DNA from: an uncultured delta proteobacterium
Lineage (GTDB): Bacteria > Desulfobacterota > Syntrophia > Syntrophales > UBA2185
Assembly (NCBI GenBank): GCA_963729715.1
Contig: CAVSPA010000018.1
Location: 26,942-90,941, forward strand
Reading direction: 5' to 3'
Length of the DNA stretch: 64,000 bases
Positions 19,864-30,415 of this stretch are shown here, in pieces; position 1 is the stretch's first letter, and each line of letters starts with the position of its first letter. Both the position numbers and the translations under genes were made by a program. Under the pieces are notes generated by a model. The model saw only the letters and a program-made list of their open reading frames with translations, did no database searches and was not told the origin of the DNA.

Positions 19864-20364
19864 TCAGTCAGTTTCATAACAAGCCAGCACTTCACCAAAA
19901 TAAAGGGTATGGTAATCCTTCTTGGGATACAGGGATGAATCATAACCCTTGTCAAGATGGGCCGGGTTCATAGCAGACTTGTAGATGATTTTGCACTCGT
20001 AATGGCGCCCTCGGGTTTTAATAATCGGCGAAGCGACCTTGCGGCCATTGGTCGTTTCCAGGTTACACATCTTAAACTTGTCCACGTTCCGGCCGGATTT
20101 TGAGCCGCAATAGGCAGTCTCTTTATGCATGTCGCCCGCCGGGACCGTAACGGTAAAATCCTTGGCCGCCTCGATGATTCCAAAGGTGTGCCGGCTCAAC
20201 CGCACTGCCACCATCATGATCGGTTTGCTCCAGACGACTCCGAAGGTAGCCCAACCGATGGTCATGGTGTTAAGTGCCTTCCCGGACTTAACGGTTAAGA
20301 AAGCGCCCTCTTTGATCTTTTCGATGCTGTCCTGGGCAACGCTCATGTAGTCCACATCTTTCAT
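19864..20364 (-). CDS. Flavin reductase family protein
   Basis: NTMTIGW, R.T..I, CGSKSGR..DK, ECK, YHTLYFGEV. Confidence 0.88.
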   Translation of the reverse strand: MKDVDYMSVAQDSIEKIKEGAFLTVKSGKALNTMTIGWATFGVVWSKPIMMVAVRLSRHTFGIIEAAKDFTVTVPAGDMHKETAYCGSKSGRNVDKFKMCNLETTNGRKVASPIIKTRGRHYECKIIYKSAMNPAHLDKGYDSSLYPKKDYHTLYFGEVLACYETD

Positions 20365-21072
20365 AGGAAGCTCCTTTTGTTATTTAGAATTCTTACGCGC
20401 GGCTGCACGAAGAAAGAGATCACTCACTGTATGGACATGTATTACACTCCTGCGAGTAGGTTGATCAGCCACACGAGAAAATGCTAATAGTAAAGACCTG
20501 ACCCTTCTACTCCCTATAACCATTATACCTTATCACTCGACGGCAAAGATATTCTCAAAGCGTTCCTTAAATTTGTTTATTGCGTCTATTTAAACCAAGA
20601 ACGTCATCGGTTTTATGCAATATAAAAAGAAACAAGTAAATGCTCGTTTCAAGCACTTCTCTGTGCCGTTTATCACTCGTCTAGAAGTTGCCGGATTGTT
20701 TTGTAGTCGCTTACATCCATCAAGTAAGGCCTGTTCATCTGCCATATGCATTAGGGGTATATGTGGATAGAAAAATAAAGGCCCTAAATGCTGCATGGCG
20801 AAATTGATTGAGTCGGTATACCGGTTTCTCTCTGATATACCTGTGATGCTTGTTTTCTCTATTTACCGCCTGTTTTCCAATCTTGCCACAGTACTTCAAG
20901 AATTACTGATTATACTCTTGCATAATTATCACAATCCGTCCATCACGGATTCGAGAAGTAAGTTGGTCGTGAATATAGTCGGGACTTAACCGATATTAAG
21001 CGGTTTAGATAGGTTTCAAAAAACAATAAAATGGGACTAAGGCTTTTCCTTATAGCTTTCACGTTAACCTCC

Positions 21073-21870
21073 TTACTGTTGACGTGCCTCCGGCTGCTTT
21101 TTCAGCAAGTACTTGTCAAAGAAATTGAGAGTCCTGTTCCAGCTATCCTGCATTGCAGAATAATTGTAACCACGAACTCTGTCATACTCATGCCCGGCAT
21201 TAGGGTATATATGCTTCTCATAGGGAACCTGCTTCTGATCCAGAAGAGCAGACAACCTGTCGGCTCCGGCGGCGGGCTGGGTCATATCATTTGATCCATG
21301 GAGGATGAGAACGGGGGAACTCTTTTCATCAAAGATATTCTCGAATCTGTACCTCATCTTGCCACGCTTTCCCCTTCCTCCCGAGAGGACACCGTAATAG
21401 GAAACGCCCGCTTGAACCTTTCCCTGTGCAGCAAGCACCATGGCCCAATATCCGCCCATCGAGAAACCGACGGCGCCCAGTTTGTTCTTGTCTATCTTCG
21501 GGTTCTTCTTCAGGTACTCCAGTGCATCCAAAAGATCGGCAAGTATCTCTTCTGCATGATCCGTAAGAGCATATCCTCTTGATCCATACGAAATGCCGTG
21601 AGCCTCGAAATAATGAGGAATCAGAGAGGCATAACCCTTCTTGGCCAGTTCTTCGCCATAGCTGGATTCCGCGCCGAATATCCCGCCGCTCGTGTGGAGG
21701 ATAATGACGGCGGGAAAGGGGCCGTTACCGTCAGGCAGGATGAAATCCGCCTTCATGTTCTTCTCAATGCCCAGATCATTGACAATCACATGTTCTGTTG
21801 CATGGGCAAAAGAGGAAAACAAAAAGCAGATAATGAAAATGGCGATTAATTTTTTGAAAGTGTTCTTCAT
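21073..21870 (-). CDS. Exported dienelactone hydrolase family (alpha/beta hydrolase)
   Basis: Signal peptide; GFSMGG, LHGSND, YPNAGH. Confidence 0.88.
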   Translation of the reverse strand: MKNTFKKLIAIFIICFLFSSFAHATEHVIVNDLGIEKNMKADFILPDGNGPFPAVIILHTSGGIFGAESSYGEELAKKGYASLIPHYFEAHGISYGSRGYALTDHAEEILADLLDALEYLKKNPKIDKNKLGAVGFSMGGYWAMVLAAQGKVQAGVSYYGVLSGGRGKRGKMRYRFENIFDEKSSPVLILHGSNDMTQPAAGADRLSALLDQKQVPYEKHIYPNAGHEYDRVRGYNYSAMQDSWNRTLNFFDKYLLKKQPEARQQ

Positions 21871-22269
21871 TGTAGTCTCTCCTTGAGCGAAAGATGTAGT
21901 ACGCGATAAGGTTCTCGTCTAACTGGAATTCTACGGCATGATGCCGAATTTATATTTCTCCATGCAGCATGTCAAATATGCACTTAAGTGAGTAAAGAAT
22001 TCTATCTGTAATTGATAGTGCGTGACCGTAAAACAGAATTGCGGATATGGGTCTGCCTTTTCGTAATGGTAGTTTTAGCTTACCACTATACGTACATTAA
22101 ACCACTATTGAGATATGGAACGAATGCGTTAATATATGTTTTAAGATGTCATTTTATCACGAACCTTAAGCAAACCATTTATTAGACAGCAGGGAAACTA
22201 AAATCAGTAGGTAAAGAAAAGAGGGTGGGTTTAAACAATCTAATCTTAACTAAGTTTAAGGAGGAAACT

Positions 22270-22752
22270 ATGCGAAAGTTGGCAATAGGGGTTGTGTTAG
22301 TTGTGGCGATCAGTATGATGTTTATGCCGGTGGCATTTGCCCAGAAATCACAGGCAGCAGGGGCCGGTGTATCAACAGGTGCATGGACTCTGGGACTTCC
22401 CGGGACAATTTCCGTCGATTCAGGCTTTACTGGAACCGAGGCTATTGTGGTTGAATCCGGCAAGATTGTGAAAATGGAGAAGATGGCCGGTGTAAAAAAC
22501 GGTATGCAGATGAAATTCAAAAATGATCAGGGTAATGCTTATACTGTTTACATGGGGCCCAAGTGGTTCATTGAAAATCAGAAGATTAAATTTATGGCCG
22601 GTGACAGCGTTATGGTCAGAGGCAAGAAATTTGGTTCCTCTATCATAGCTACAGAAATCAGCAAGGGCGATTGGACCATGAAACTCCGTAATGAAGAAGA
22701 TGGCCAGCCAAAGTGGGAATGCTGTTTTCCCGGACCAGTGAAAATGCAGTAA
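22270..22752 (+). CDS. Exported OB-fold-like hypothetical protein
   Basis: Signal peptide from ATG 22270 (GAGG RBS); VYMGPKWF..GDSVMVRG..LRNEEDGQPKW. Confidence 0.65.
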   Translation: MRKLAIGVVLVVAISMMFMPVAFAQKSQAAGAGVSTGAWTLGLPGTISVDSGFTGTEAIVVESGKIVKMEKMAGVKNGMQMKFKNDQGNAYTVYMGPKWFIENQKIKFMAGDSVMVRGKKFGSSIIATEISKGDWTMKLRNEEDGQPKWECCFPGPVKMQ

Positions 22753-23071
22753 TAATCGGAGACCCACCCAATTTCTTTAGCTGGTTTTAAACTTTACCCA
22801 GTCTGCAGATTTGTTTTTGATATGCGTTGCTTGTTGGTTACAGGAAAAGATTAGTCAGAATAATAAGAGGCAAAAAGGTATTTTAACGATAGCTTCCTCC
22901 CTCCGTTGTTCTCTCATCCCGGAGAGAGGTTGTTCTAAGGGAAGCCCAAGGCGGATATTGTCAGCTCAATCGCTTTGGGTTTTCCTGTTCTTATCACGCC
23001 CGACGATGACCAGTCCTTGCACCCTTTCCTAATCCTCGGCGGCGGAATAGGCTTATATTCCGTTTTGTCGC

Positions 23072-23392
23072 TTACGCCCCAAACGTATACTTGGTTCCAG
23101 CCGTATTAATAATGAATTCGTTCGGCATCTCCCTGCTGAAGGATACGATTGCTTCGAATCCCGTGCAATGGGTCGGTACGATGTAGTCCGGCTTCATTGC
23201 CTTGATATCGGCTACCGTATTCTGAATAACCTCAGGTTTCGCATTGATGAGGCGAAATCTTCCCATCACTGCGTCGATATTGTCTGTGCCTGAAACCTTC
23301 TGCGCATGCTTGACGGCGTTGACTATGCCGACGTGTGCACAACCGGAAAGGACCACCAGCCCTTTCCCTTTCACGTTAAAGAATAGCGCAAT
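23072..23392 (-). pseudogene. C-terminal fragment of an MBL-fold hydrolase, paralog of 9344-10300
   Basis: NVKGKGLVVLSGCAHVGIVN..PTHCTG; N-terminal HxHxDH domain absent, GGFHL degraded to GRFRL. Confidence 0.75.
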
Positions 23393-23589
23393 CAGGATCA
23401 CGGCGCGGATCCGGTTCAGGACTTTATCCTGCTGAAATAGGGGATTTGAAACAGAGAAGTAAGGGGCTGCCTGATTGAATACATTTTCTATTTGCAATAT
23501 ATTTTCATCGTCGCAGTCGGGTCTGGTCAAGGGATGTGTGATAGAAGATGTCATGCAACTACAATGAGAAAGACTGAAGGAGGAATTTT

Positions 23590-24015
23590 ATGGAATCGAT
23601 GAGACACAACATCAGTACCAAGAGGCACTTTGTCCTACTCTTTACAGTTATGATAGTAACTCTCTTCTCCATCACCTGCCCTGTTTACGGGCAGCAGGCA
23701 AAGCCAAGTGAAAAAGGAACCTTTTTATTGACGATATTCCTGAAGCACGACCAGTCGAAGACATTGGGTGAGCTTCACGACCAGCTTACGAAAAGCGAAT
23801 TCGTGAAGAACTTCCCTCCGGAAGGGGTAGAGATCGTATCGTGGTACGTCATGATGGGGATCGGTCAAGTAGTCACGCTGCGGGTGCCGGCGGAAAAGCT
23901 GCGGGCCGTGAACCGGGTCATCGAGCAGAGGGCATGGGGCGCATTTCGGACAGAGTTCTACCCAACCTATGACTACAAGCATATCTGGGAAGCGGAGCGG
24001 CAAAAGGCGCACTGA
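23590..24015 (+). CDS. Exported hypothetical protein
   Basis: AGGAGG RBS, signal peptide, FPPEGVEIVSWYVMMGIGQVVTLR. Confidence 0.7.
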   Translation: MESMRHNISTKRHFVLLFTVMIVTLFSITCPVYGQQAKPSEKGTFLLTIFLKHDQSKTLGELHDQLTKSEFVKNFPPEGVEIVSWYVMMGIGQVVTLRVPAEKLRAVNRVIEQRAWGAFRTEFYPTYDYKHIWEAERQKAH

Positions 24016-24218
24016 AAGCGGACCCGTTGCCATCTTTTCTCATAACTATCTGCAACAGCCGTAGACAGGATGTGCTGGTTTGTGCGGCGATGGATACAGA
24101 GATCGCCTGCCGGATCAACAGGACTCACTTGAGAAGTGAATCGCTGCTTACTGCCTGCCATGAGGCTTCGTAATGACGTCCTGCTGTTGTAATATTTTCC
24201 GGTTGCTCCGGGTCGCCC

Positions 24219-25217
24219 TCATTCTTTAACAGGCGTCCAGGTTGCATCGGGATTGTATGATTTCATCTCTGAGGCGATCTTCGCTGTGTCCGGCCCGAGA
24301 TTCTTCTGGTACACTTTCCCCTGCTGATTGACAATAAAAGTCATGACCCCTGATTTTCCCCAGTTTGAGGGAAAAGCGACCAAGGCGAAGCCCCCAACCA
24401 TGTTACCGTTGATGACATAGTTGTATTTTCCTCCCGGCGCTTTCTTCCCCTGCCTTGTTAATATCTTGAAATAGTAGCCGTGAAAAGGTACCGGCTGCTC
24501 TTCCTTGAAGGCGGCCTTTTCCTTCTTGTATCCCTCATGCCAGGCTCGTGCCAAGAGCTCACCTAGGGGGCTTGACTCTTCTCCCGGCGCGCTTCTCCAG
24601 AAGAGGCCGTTTCTCTTCCCGGAATCGCTCCGGAGTTTCTGCGCGTATGCAAATATCCCGTCGCCACCGCAGTCTTTAAGCGCGTACTCGCGTTGCGCCT
24701 TCACATAGGCGCGGCTGACCAGTATGGCGGTGAGTTCATTTTCTCCGATCCGGCGGTTCAGTATCTCTTCCTTGCCTGCCTCCGTGTCAAAGAACCATTG
24801 GTTATCTTTTTTTACAATGGGAATAGGAAAGGGCCAGTTCTCATTTCCTACGTGAAGGATAACTTTTGTATCGCCTTCTTTCACGAGGCTGGTTTTTTCA
24901 GCGAGGTGCTTGGCAAGCTCTTCAAACTCTGCGGCGTCCTGCACCCTGTCGCCAGAGCGCAGGTCTTTTCCGGAGGGCCCGAAGATCTGATCGAGTGCGG
25001 CTTTGTCCTTTGTCTTGACGGCATCTGCAAGATTTTTCACGGCGTCTTCGGGAGAGGAAAAGAGCCTCTGCGATGGCGCCCCGAATACCGGTATAGTCCA
25101 GGTAAAGACAAGGACCGCAATCAACAGGATCAAAGCGGTGAAGGCCATTCCCTGCGATGGGCGACATGCGGGTTTCTCTTCTATTGTACCCATAGTTTCC
25201 TTCCTTTCCATATTCAT
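24219..25217 (-). CDS. DUF2950 family protein
   Basis: WPFPIPIVK, W.FDT..G..EIL.RRIG.NEL, PFHGYYFKIL, GVMTFIVN. Confidence 0.88.
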   Translation of the reverse strand: MNMERKETMGTIEEKPACRPSQGMAFTALILLIAVLVFTWTIPVFGAPSQRLFSSPEDAVKNLADAVKTKDKAALDQIFGPSGKDLRSGDRVQDAAEFEELAKHLAEKTSLVKEGDTKVILHVGNENWPFPIPIVKKDNQWFFDTEAGKEEILNRRIGENELTAILVSRAYVKAQREYALKDCGGDGIFAYAQKLRSDSGKRNGLFWRSAPGEESSPLGELLARAWHEGYKKEKAAFKEEQPVPFHGYYFKILTRQGKKAPGGKYNYVINGNMVGGFALVAFPSNWGKSGVMTFIVNQQGKVYQKNLGPDTAKIASEMKSYNPDATWTPVKE

Positions 25218-25261
25218 TAATTCTCCGTTGCCAAAAAATATTTAACGCAAACCTGCATTTG

Positions 25262-26497
25262 TTACCGCCCCGGTCTGCCCCCGGAGGAACTCCTGCCCGC
25301 TGGCGCGCTCCCTCTGCTCGCAGGAGGGGCAGAGGGTCGTGTTACGGTGCTGCTCTGACGACTCTCCTGGCCGCGAAGGCTCTGCGACCTTGCCTCGCTG
25401 CCTCCCCTGTAACCGCCAAAGGTAACTGATGGCGTCCTCGCGGGCTGCATTATTCCCACTGCAGGACGGAGCGGCGGGGAAACGCTGCTGATATGAGGGG
25501 CCGGCATGGACGGCTGTCGGCTGAGAGCGGCAGCCGGTGGCGCCTGCCGCTGGTTGATTGTACCGAGGCTCTGCCTGCCGCGATTGCTGAACGAGCTCGT
25601 GTCGCCCCTCGGGCCGAAAACTACTCCCGGGACATTCATCTGCGTTGTCCCTCTTCCCCTGACTTCAGGTGTGTGCGCAACCGTGCCTCTGCTGACGCGG
25701 CCGGGCTGTGATGCACGGAACCTTTCAGGGTCGCCGTGTGACATATCATGTCTCCAGGTCTCGTTTATGAAAGGCCTGCTTCTGTTGACGTAAACATTCG
25801 GTACGTGGACATAGGGCCTCGCATGATTGACCCAACCCGGCCGATTCCAGCCATGATAGATTACGTGATGCTGGCGCCAGTCAAAGTCCATGCTCAGCCA
25901 GCCCCCGATTGCCAGACCGGAGCCGTACGTGACGAAGGGCGGCGAGCCCGGAACCCAACTATTGTCATATACGACCAAATCATCATACTCGGGAACGTAC
26001 ATATAGTCTGCTTGAGTCGGAATGATCTCGATGTTGTCGCCGTCGATAATGACTTGCTCTTTATCGTTGCTCTCCAGATTACCGGCGTCTCTGGCCTCCC
26101 ACCTGAGCCGCTGGATCGCTCTCGTCACATCTTCCGGCTGATTGAGAAACGCATCTCCGAGGTCGGCAATCCAGCCCAAATTTCCAGCCATCATTTTAAG
26201 AATCTCGGGATAGTAGGAAATTGCCTTGACGGATTCATCCCAACTCTGTCCGTCAATACCCGATACGGTCCCGCCTCTTTTAAACCATGCATCCGCATCG
26301 GCAATTTCCGCCGGATACGTCGAGGCCGGCAACATCACGGCAAGCAGGGGGTCGGGATAGAGGGCGATGGGTGCGAGGAGATCATCAAGCTCTTGATCAG
26401 AAGATGCGCTTGCGGGTGAGCCGGCACCTTCAGCCTGCGCGAAGAAAGCGCCGAAGAGAAAAATAAAAACAATGAATGTGCGTACTGTTTTTTTCAT
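25262..26497 (-). CDS. DUF3300 family protein
   Basis: LLAPIALYPDPLLA..L.ASTYP, WD.SVKA, LGDAFL.Q; low-complexity C-terminus; paired with DUF2950. Confidence 0.88.
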   Translation of the reverse strand: MKKTVRTFIVFIFLFGAFFAQAEGAGSPASASSDQELDDLLAPIALYPDPLLAVMLPASTYPAEIADADAWFKRGGTVSGIDGQSWDESVKAISYYPEILKMMAGNLGWIADLGDAFLNQPEDVTRAIQRLRWEARDAGNLESNDKEQVIIDGDNIEIIPTQADYMYVPEYDDLVVYDNSWVPGSPPFVTYGSGLAIGGWLSMDFDWRQHHVIYHGWNRPGWVNHARPYVHVPNVYVNRSRPFINETWRHDMSHGDPERFRASQPGRVSRGTVAHTPEVRGRGTTQMNVPGVVFGPRGDTSSFSNRGRQSLGTINQRQAPPAAALSRQPSMPAPHISSVSPPLRPAVGIMQPARTPSVTFGGYRGGSEARSQSLRGQESRQSSTVTRPSAPPASRGSAPAGRSSSGGRPGR

Positions 26498-26568
26498 ACT
26501 GCCTGATCAGAATAACGTTATATTAAGATTATAGGCCATCTGAAAACAAAGTCAAGCAACAGCATAAA

Positions 26569-26598
26569 GGACCAAGTCCTGAGAACAGAACTTGGTCC
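26569..26598 (-). terminator. Hairpin, probable terminator of the flavodoxin-family gene
   Basis: GGACCAAGT..ACTTGGTCC inverted repeat just downstream of the gene ending at 26625. Confidence 0.45.
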
Positions 26599-26624
26599 CG
26601 TGGCACTTCTTCCCAGGGCCGCTT

Positions 26625-27191
26625 TCAGCCGCAGAGCTTCTTCGCCATCCAGGCGATCTTTTGCCCGAGGGCCTGCGCGCTCTGCACGCCTTCCTTATCT
26701 TTGTCCACCTCTCCTTTATCTCTCGCTACGCTAATTGAGCGACCGGCGATGATAAGCTCATTAGCGAAGAAGAAATGGTTCATGGTTTCGATTGTATGCA
26801 TCCCTCCGCTGCGGCGGAAACAGGATACGGAAGCCCCGATCTTGTTCTTGTACATCCTCCCATTTGCCAATCCGACGAAGCCGGCCCGGTCGACCAAGGC
26901 CTTCATCTCCGCTGTTACATCCTGAAAATAGGAAGGAGATCCCAAAACGATACCCTGAGCCATCGTCATTTTTTCGATATACTCATTCGCCGCATCTTTC
27001 TTAACGGCGCACCGCTGGTCCTTATTCTCGAAACACTTGTAACAGGCGATGCACCCGTGAATTGCCTTTGCAGAAAGCTGAACGATTTCCGTTTCTATGC
27101 CCTCTTTCTCGACCTCCCGTAAGAGATGGCCTAACAACGTGTTGGTGTTGCCGTCTTGCCTTGGACTGCCATTGAAACCGATAACCTTCAT
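26625..27191 (-). CDS. Flavodoxin family / iron-sulfur flavoprotein
   Basis: NGSPR..GNT, CIACYKC..C, GSP.YF, MKALVDR. Confidence 0.9.
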   Translation of the reverse strand: MKVIGFNGSPRQDGNTNTLLGHLLREVEKEGIETEIVQLSAKAIHGCIACYKCFENKDQRCAVKKDAANEYIEKMTMAQGIVLGSPSYFQDVTAEMKALVDRAGFVGLANGRMYKNKIGASVSCFRRSGGMHTIETMNHFFFANELIIAGRSISVARDKGEVDKDKEGVQSAQALGQKIAWMAKKLCG

Positions 27192-27221
27192 ATCCGTCCT
27201 CCTCTCCGTTATGATATCTAC

Positions 27222-27776
27222 TTATTCCTTTCGGTCTGCTTCAATTTTTTCTTTTATAAAATTTACCAGGGACCCTTCCGCACGCCATGTCCAACAGGTG
27301 TTGAGAAGCATATTGAACATATCTGATGTGAATTTGGGGGACTCCTGCAATTTGTAGGCAGCGTATCCCTGAATGGTTGAGGAACCCATTGCTGTCAACA
27401 GCGCCACGAGATGGTTGCACCCTTTACCACTGCCTGCGAGAGCCTTTACCCTTGACGTAAATCCACGTGTAATCCTTAATCCCTTGACAGGCTCCAGGCT
27501 GTTGATGGTCTCCAGACACTCTTCTCGCGGAACGGCAGGCATTTCGACATGCAGATCCTCAATCTCAAGCGTTGTCTTGTTAACGAGCATATGGATGATC
27601 ATCTGATGCAATAGGCCGGGCGATCTTTTTTCACCTGTGGCCAAATGATATTCCTGCAATCGATGATCTGTCAAGCACCCCTCTACGACTAATCTCTGTT
27701 CGTCATATTCATAGGTATTCACCTCTATGGTTCTTGTGTGATATTTTTTTCCGTTCGGTTTTTCAAAGAAGCTCAT
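27222..27776 (-). CDS. DUF2889 family protein
   Basis: HTRTI, H.M, P..EC, GF..V, GCNHL, NTC..W. Confidence 0.8.
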   Translation of the reverse strand: MSFFEKPNGKKYHTRTIEVNTYEYDEQRLVVEGCLTDHRLQEYHLATGEKRSPGLLHQMIIHMLVNKTTLEIEDLHVEMPAVPREECLETINSLEPVKGLRITRGFTSRVKALAGSGKGCNHLVALLTAMGSSTIQGYAAYKLQESPKFTSDMFNMLLNTCWTWRAEGSLVNFIKEKIEADRKE

Positions 27777-28042
27777 CGCGCTCTTTCTCCCATACCTTTA
27801 ATATTAAGATACTCTGACGAAATATCATATAAAGATAACGGCCCTGTATGTCAATGCAATACCAGCGACAGATTACGGCTTGAAGTGTTCTGTGATTGAG
27901 AAATCCATTGGGTCATTGATAACTGGAAGACAGGCTGCCGATGCCACCTACACTTCTTGACGCCTTGGTGTCACGATTCAACATTTTCATTTGAAATCCT
28001 TACCCTGCGGAGTCTGTATCTCATCAATTTGTCTTAACTGGT

Positions 28043-29002
28043 TTAAAAGCGATAACCTGGCCCGACCATGATCACGTCGGTATCGCGGTTGTAATCTGTG
28101 GTAATGCGATTCCAGGAGAGACGTACCAACCAGTTCGGGTTGAATCGATAGCTTGCGGACAACGTGATAACACCCGCCACAGCATACCTATCTTCATTGC
28201 CGTATGTGTCAACAAGGAAGTAGGGACCTAAGCCGACTCCAAGGGCTAGATGCTCATCAAGAAAAGCACGGGCCAGCCAGGCTTGAGAAAGGATGCCGTT
28301 GCGGCGGATGAGATGATTATCACCCTCGTTGAGCCATGCAATAGTCCAGTCTATGTATCGTGCAATACCGTGGCGGTATTCGATGCTTTGAGCCATTGAT
28401 TGCGGGGAATTTGCGCTGTTGACGGTGGTTTGACCGATCATCACTGTTATCTCGTTATCCGTCGTTTTCACACGCGGGGGCCCTGCTCCGGACGATGGAT
28501 CACGTGCTGATGAATAATCGAGTTGATACCCCACCCCGACCATGGCAGAATATGTATCGATATTGTTAGTTTTAACTAAATTGCTGCGTAACTGGATGAC
28601 CCACGGGCTTTCCGTGTACCAAAAACCGGCAAGGCTGAAGACCCCTCCCACGCCGTGTTCGTCGGAGAAACGGCGTCCTCTTCTTGCCAATTCGGTATCA
28701 TAGAAATAGTAAGGTCCGACCCCAGCGGCTAAGACGAACTGCTTGTCTATAGGCTTGGTATGTGCCCAGAATTGTACTGTCGGGCCGTCGCGGTGGTTAT
28801 TTGGCAAATGGCCCTCATTCAGCCACGAGACACTAAATGCTGAATATTCTCCCAACGCCTGCATGTATTCGACAGACCAGCTATATGAGCGGTCCGTGCT
28901 CGCTGTATCTCCGAGTGGTCCGCCAAGCAGATAAAGCTCCTGCGCATGTACAGGGGTACAGCAAATCAATAGCCCACACAAAAGAGTAAGAACCCTACGC
29001 AT
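28043..29002 (-). CDS. Outer-membrane beta-barrel protein with internal duplication
   Basis: Signal peptide; WLNEG and G.GPY each occur twice; terminal YRF. Confidence 0.75.
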   Translation of the reverse strand: MRRVLTLLCGLLICCTPVHAQELYLLGGPLGDTASTDRSYSWSVEYMQALGEYSAFSVSWLNEGHLPNNHRDGPTVQFWAHTKPIDKQFVLAAGVGPYYFYDTELARRGRRFSDEHGVGGVFSLAGFWYTESPWVIQLRSNLVKTNNIDTYSAMVGVGYQLDYSSARDPSSGAGPPRVKTTDNEITVMIGQTTVNSANSPQSMAQSIEYRHGIARYIDWTIAWLNEGDNHLIRRNGILSQAWLARAFLDEHLALGVGLGPYFLVDTYGNEDRYAVAGVITLSASYRFNPNWLVRLSWNRITTDYNRDTDVIMVGPGYRF

Positions 29003-29042
29003 TGGAATTTTTCGCTATGAATATTTACTTTGGGCTCTGAAC

Positions 29043-29583
29043 TGAATTACCCTCGACTATAAGTCGAGGGGTTTAAGAGGGGGCGATTTCAAATCGACTG
29101 TCATCAGTCACCGGCTCCCCTTCTTGCTCTTGAATATAGTGCTGGATCATTTCATCCGTTATGTTGCCGGAACTTACGGCCAGATACCCTCGCGCCCAGA
29201 GATGTCTGCCCCAAAATTGCTTTTTTAAATGGGAAAATTCAGATAGCAAAATTCGCGAGCTTATCCCTTTTAACCATTGAACGGTTTTGCTAACATCATG
29301 GCTGGGTCTATATGAAATGAACATGTGAACATGATCGCTCGCTACTTTGCCGGTAATTATATCAAGTTCATGTTCCAAGGCAATTTGGCGCAAGACATCT
29401 CGTGCGTGAACCGCCACTGGCCCTACCAATACTTTTTTACGGTATTTCGGTATCCAGATTAAGTGAACCTTGAGGTCACTCGTTCTATGTGCTCCTAGTT
29501 GATAACGTCGCATAGCGACAGTATATAAACTTTTCTTCGCCCAAAGGCGAGGGGTTTCCACCATCCCCGAAAGGGACACTAAA
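29043..29583 (-). mobile_element. IS200-type insertion sequence (tnpA only)
   Basis: Subterminal hairpins CCCTCGACT-ATA-AGTCGAGGG (29050-29070), CTTCGCC..GGCGAGG and TCCC..GGGA (29535-29576) flank tnpA; ends approximate. Confidence 0.85.
29073..29513 (-). CDS. tnpA: IS200/IS605 family Y1 HUH transposase
   Basis: HLIWIPKYR, DHVH (HUH), KGISSR, LWARGY, catalytic Tyr in HYIQEQ; start ATG 29513. Confidence 0.93.
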   Translation of the reverse strand: MRRYQLGAHRTSDLKVHLIWIPKYRKKVLVGPVAVHARDVLRQIALEHELDIITGKVASDHVHMFISYRPSHDVSKTVQWLKGISSRILLSEFSHLKKQFWGRHLWARGYLAVSSGNITDEMIQHYIQEQEGEPVTDDSRFEIAPS

Positions 29584-29652
29584 CGTTTTCATGTTTTGAA
29601 TTATTTTTCCCCGAACTCTCAACAGCCATCAAACCGGCATCACAATCTCCCG

Positions 29653-30372
29653 CTATTTCACGGTATACCCGCGGGCATCGAGACAGGCACCCATCGCTCG
29701 TTGATAGTCCGCGCGCTTCTGGTTCATTTGAACTGCGGACATACCAACAGGCGGCTGGGTAGGGTCATAATGTGTCTGGCCCACAGCCCAGCTGTGGCAC
29801 TCATAGCGATCTTTTGCCTGTTGCTGTTCGCTCTGGCCCTGGCGGGGATAGATGAACGATTGGTCTGACGGCATTTGGCCTGTAGATGGGTGTGCCTGCA
29901 TGGGTGGTGCCTGCATGGGTGGTGCCTGCGTGACTCCAGCCGGCGGCTCAACAACCATGTAGCCACTTGGATTTTGAACGTAATATACATCATTGGCATA
30001 ATAGTAAGGGAAACCACCTATCATGATTGTCGTGTAATAGGGAGGCAACAGGGGAACTACGATTCCGAACGGAGGCGCAACGATGACGAATCGCGGGCCG
30101 TACGGGCGGTACCAGACACCTCCGTGGAAATAATATGGTGAGCCGCCATGAAACACCTCCCGGTAGCCGTTTGGCAACCTTTCAACATACTGACCGCGCA
30201 CCGGGTAGATACCGTCATGGCCATGACGCATATCCATGAACTCTTCGTGATGGCCGAAGCCGCGCTCTTCCGCACATACCACCTGCGTTAACCCGAATGG
30301 CATGATTCCTGACAACATTGCTAACATAAGCCCAATCGTAAGGTACCGACTCGTATTTCGAATGTGTGACAT
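29653..30372 (-). CDS. Exported DUF6515-like Tyr/Pro/Gly-rich protein
   Basis: Start ATG 30372 after AAGGAGG; YYFHGGVWY..VAPP.G..LPP; C-terminal YP..GQ..DRYEC..ACL..RGYTV domain. Confidence 0.7.
   Translation of the reverse strand: MSHIRNTSRYLTIGLMLAMLSGIMPFGLTQVVCAEERGFGHHEEFMDMRHGHDGIYPVRGQYVERLPNGYREVFHGGSPYYFHGGVWYRPYGPRFVIVAPPFGIVVPLLPPYYTTIMIGGFPYYYANDVYYVQNPSGYMVVEPPAGVTQAPPMQAPPMQAHPSTGQMPSDQSFIYPRQGQSEQQQAKDRYECHSWAVGQTHYDPTQPPVGMSAVQMNQKRADYQRAMGACLDARGYTVK
29892..29929. repeat. 15-bp tandem repeat encoding QAPPM
   Basis: GTGCCTGCATGGGTG, about 2.5 copies. Confidence 0.8.
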
Positions 30373-30415
30373 GGCTATTGCCTCCTTAAAATCAAATATA
30401 GATCCCCCGTTTTTC

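Noticed and set aside
20490..20512. GACCTGACCC REP-like motif
   Set aside because: Single short occurrence with no partner arm or transposase.
22270..22752. Magnetosome gene (MamS/MamX-like OB fold)
   Set aside because: No heme motifs and no other mam genes; generic exported domain.
29043..29583. TnpB or omega-RNA associated with the IS200 element
   Set aside because: Hairpin ends lie immediately around tnpA, leaving no room for tnpB.
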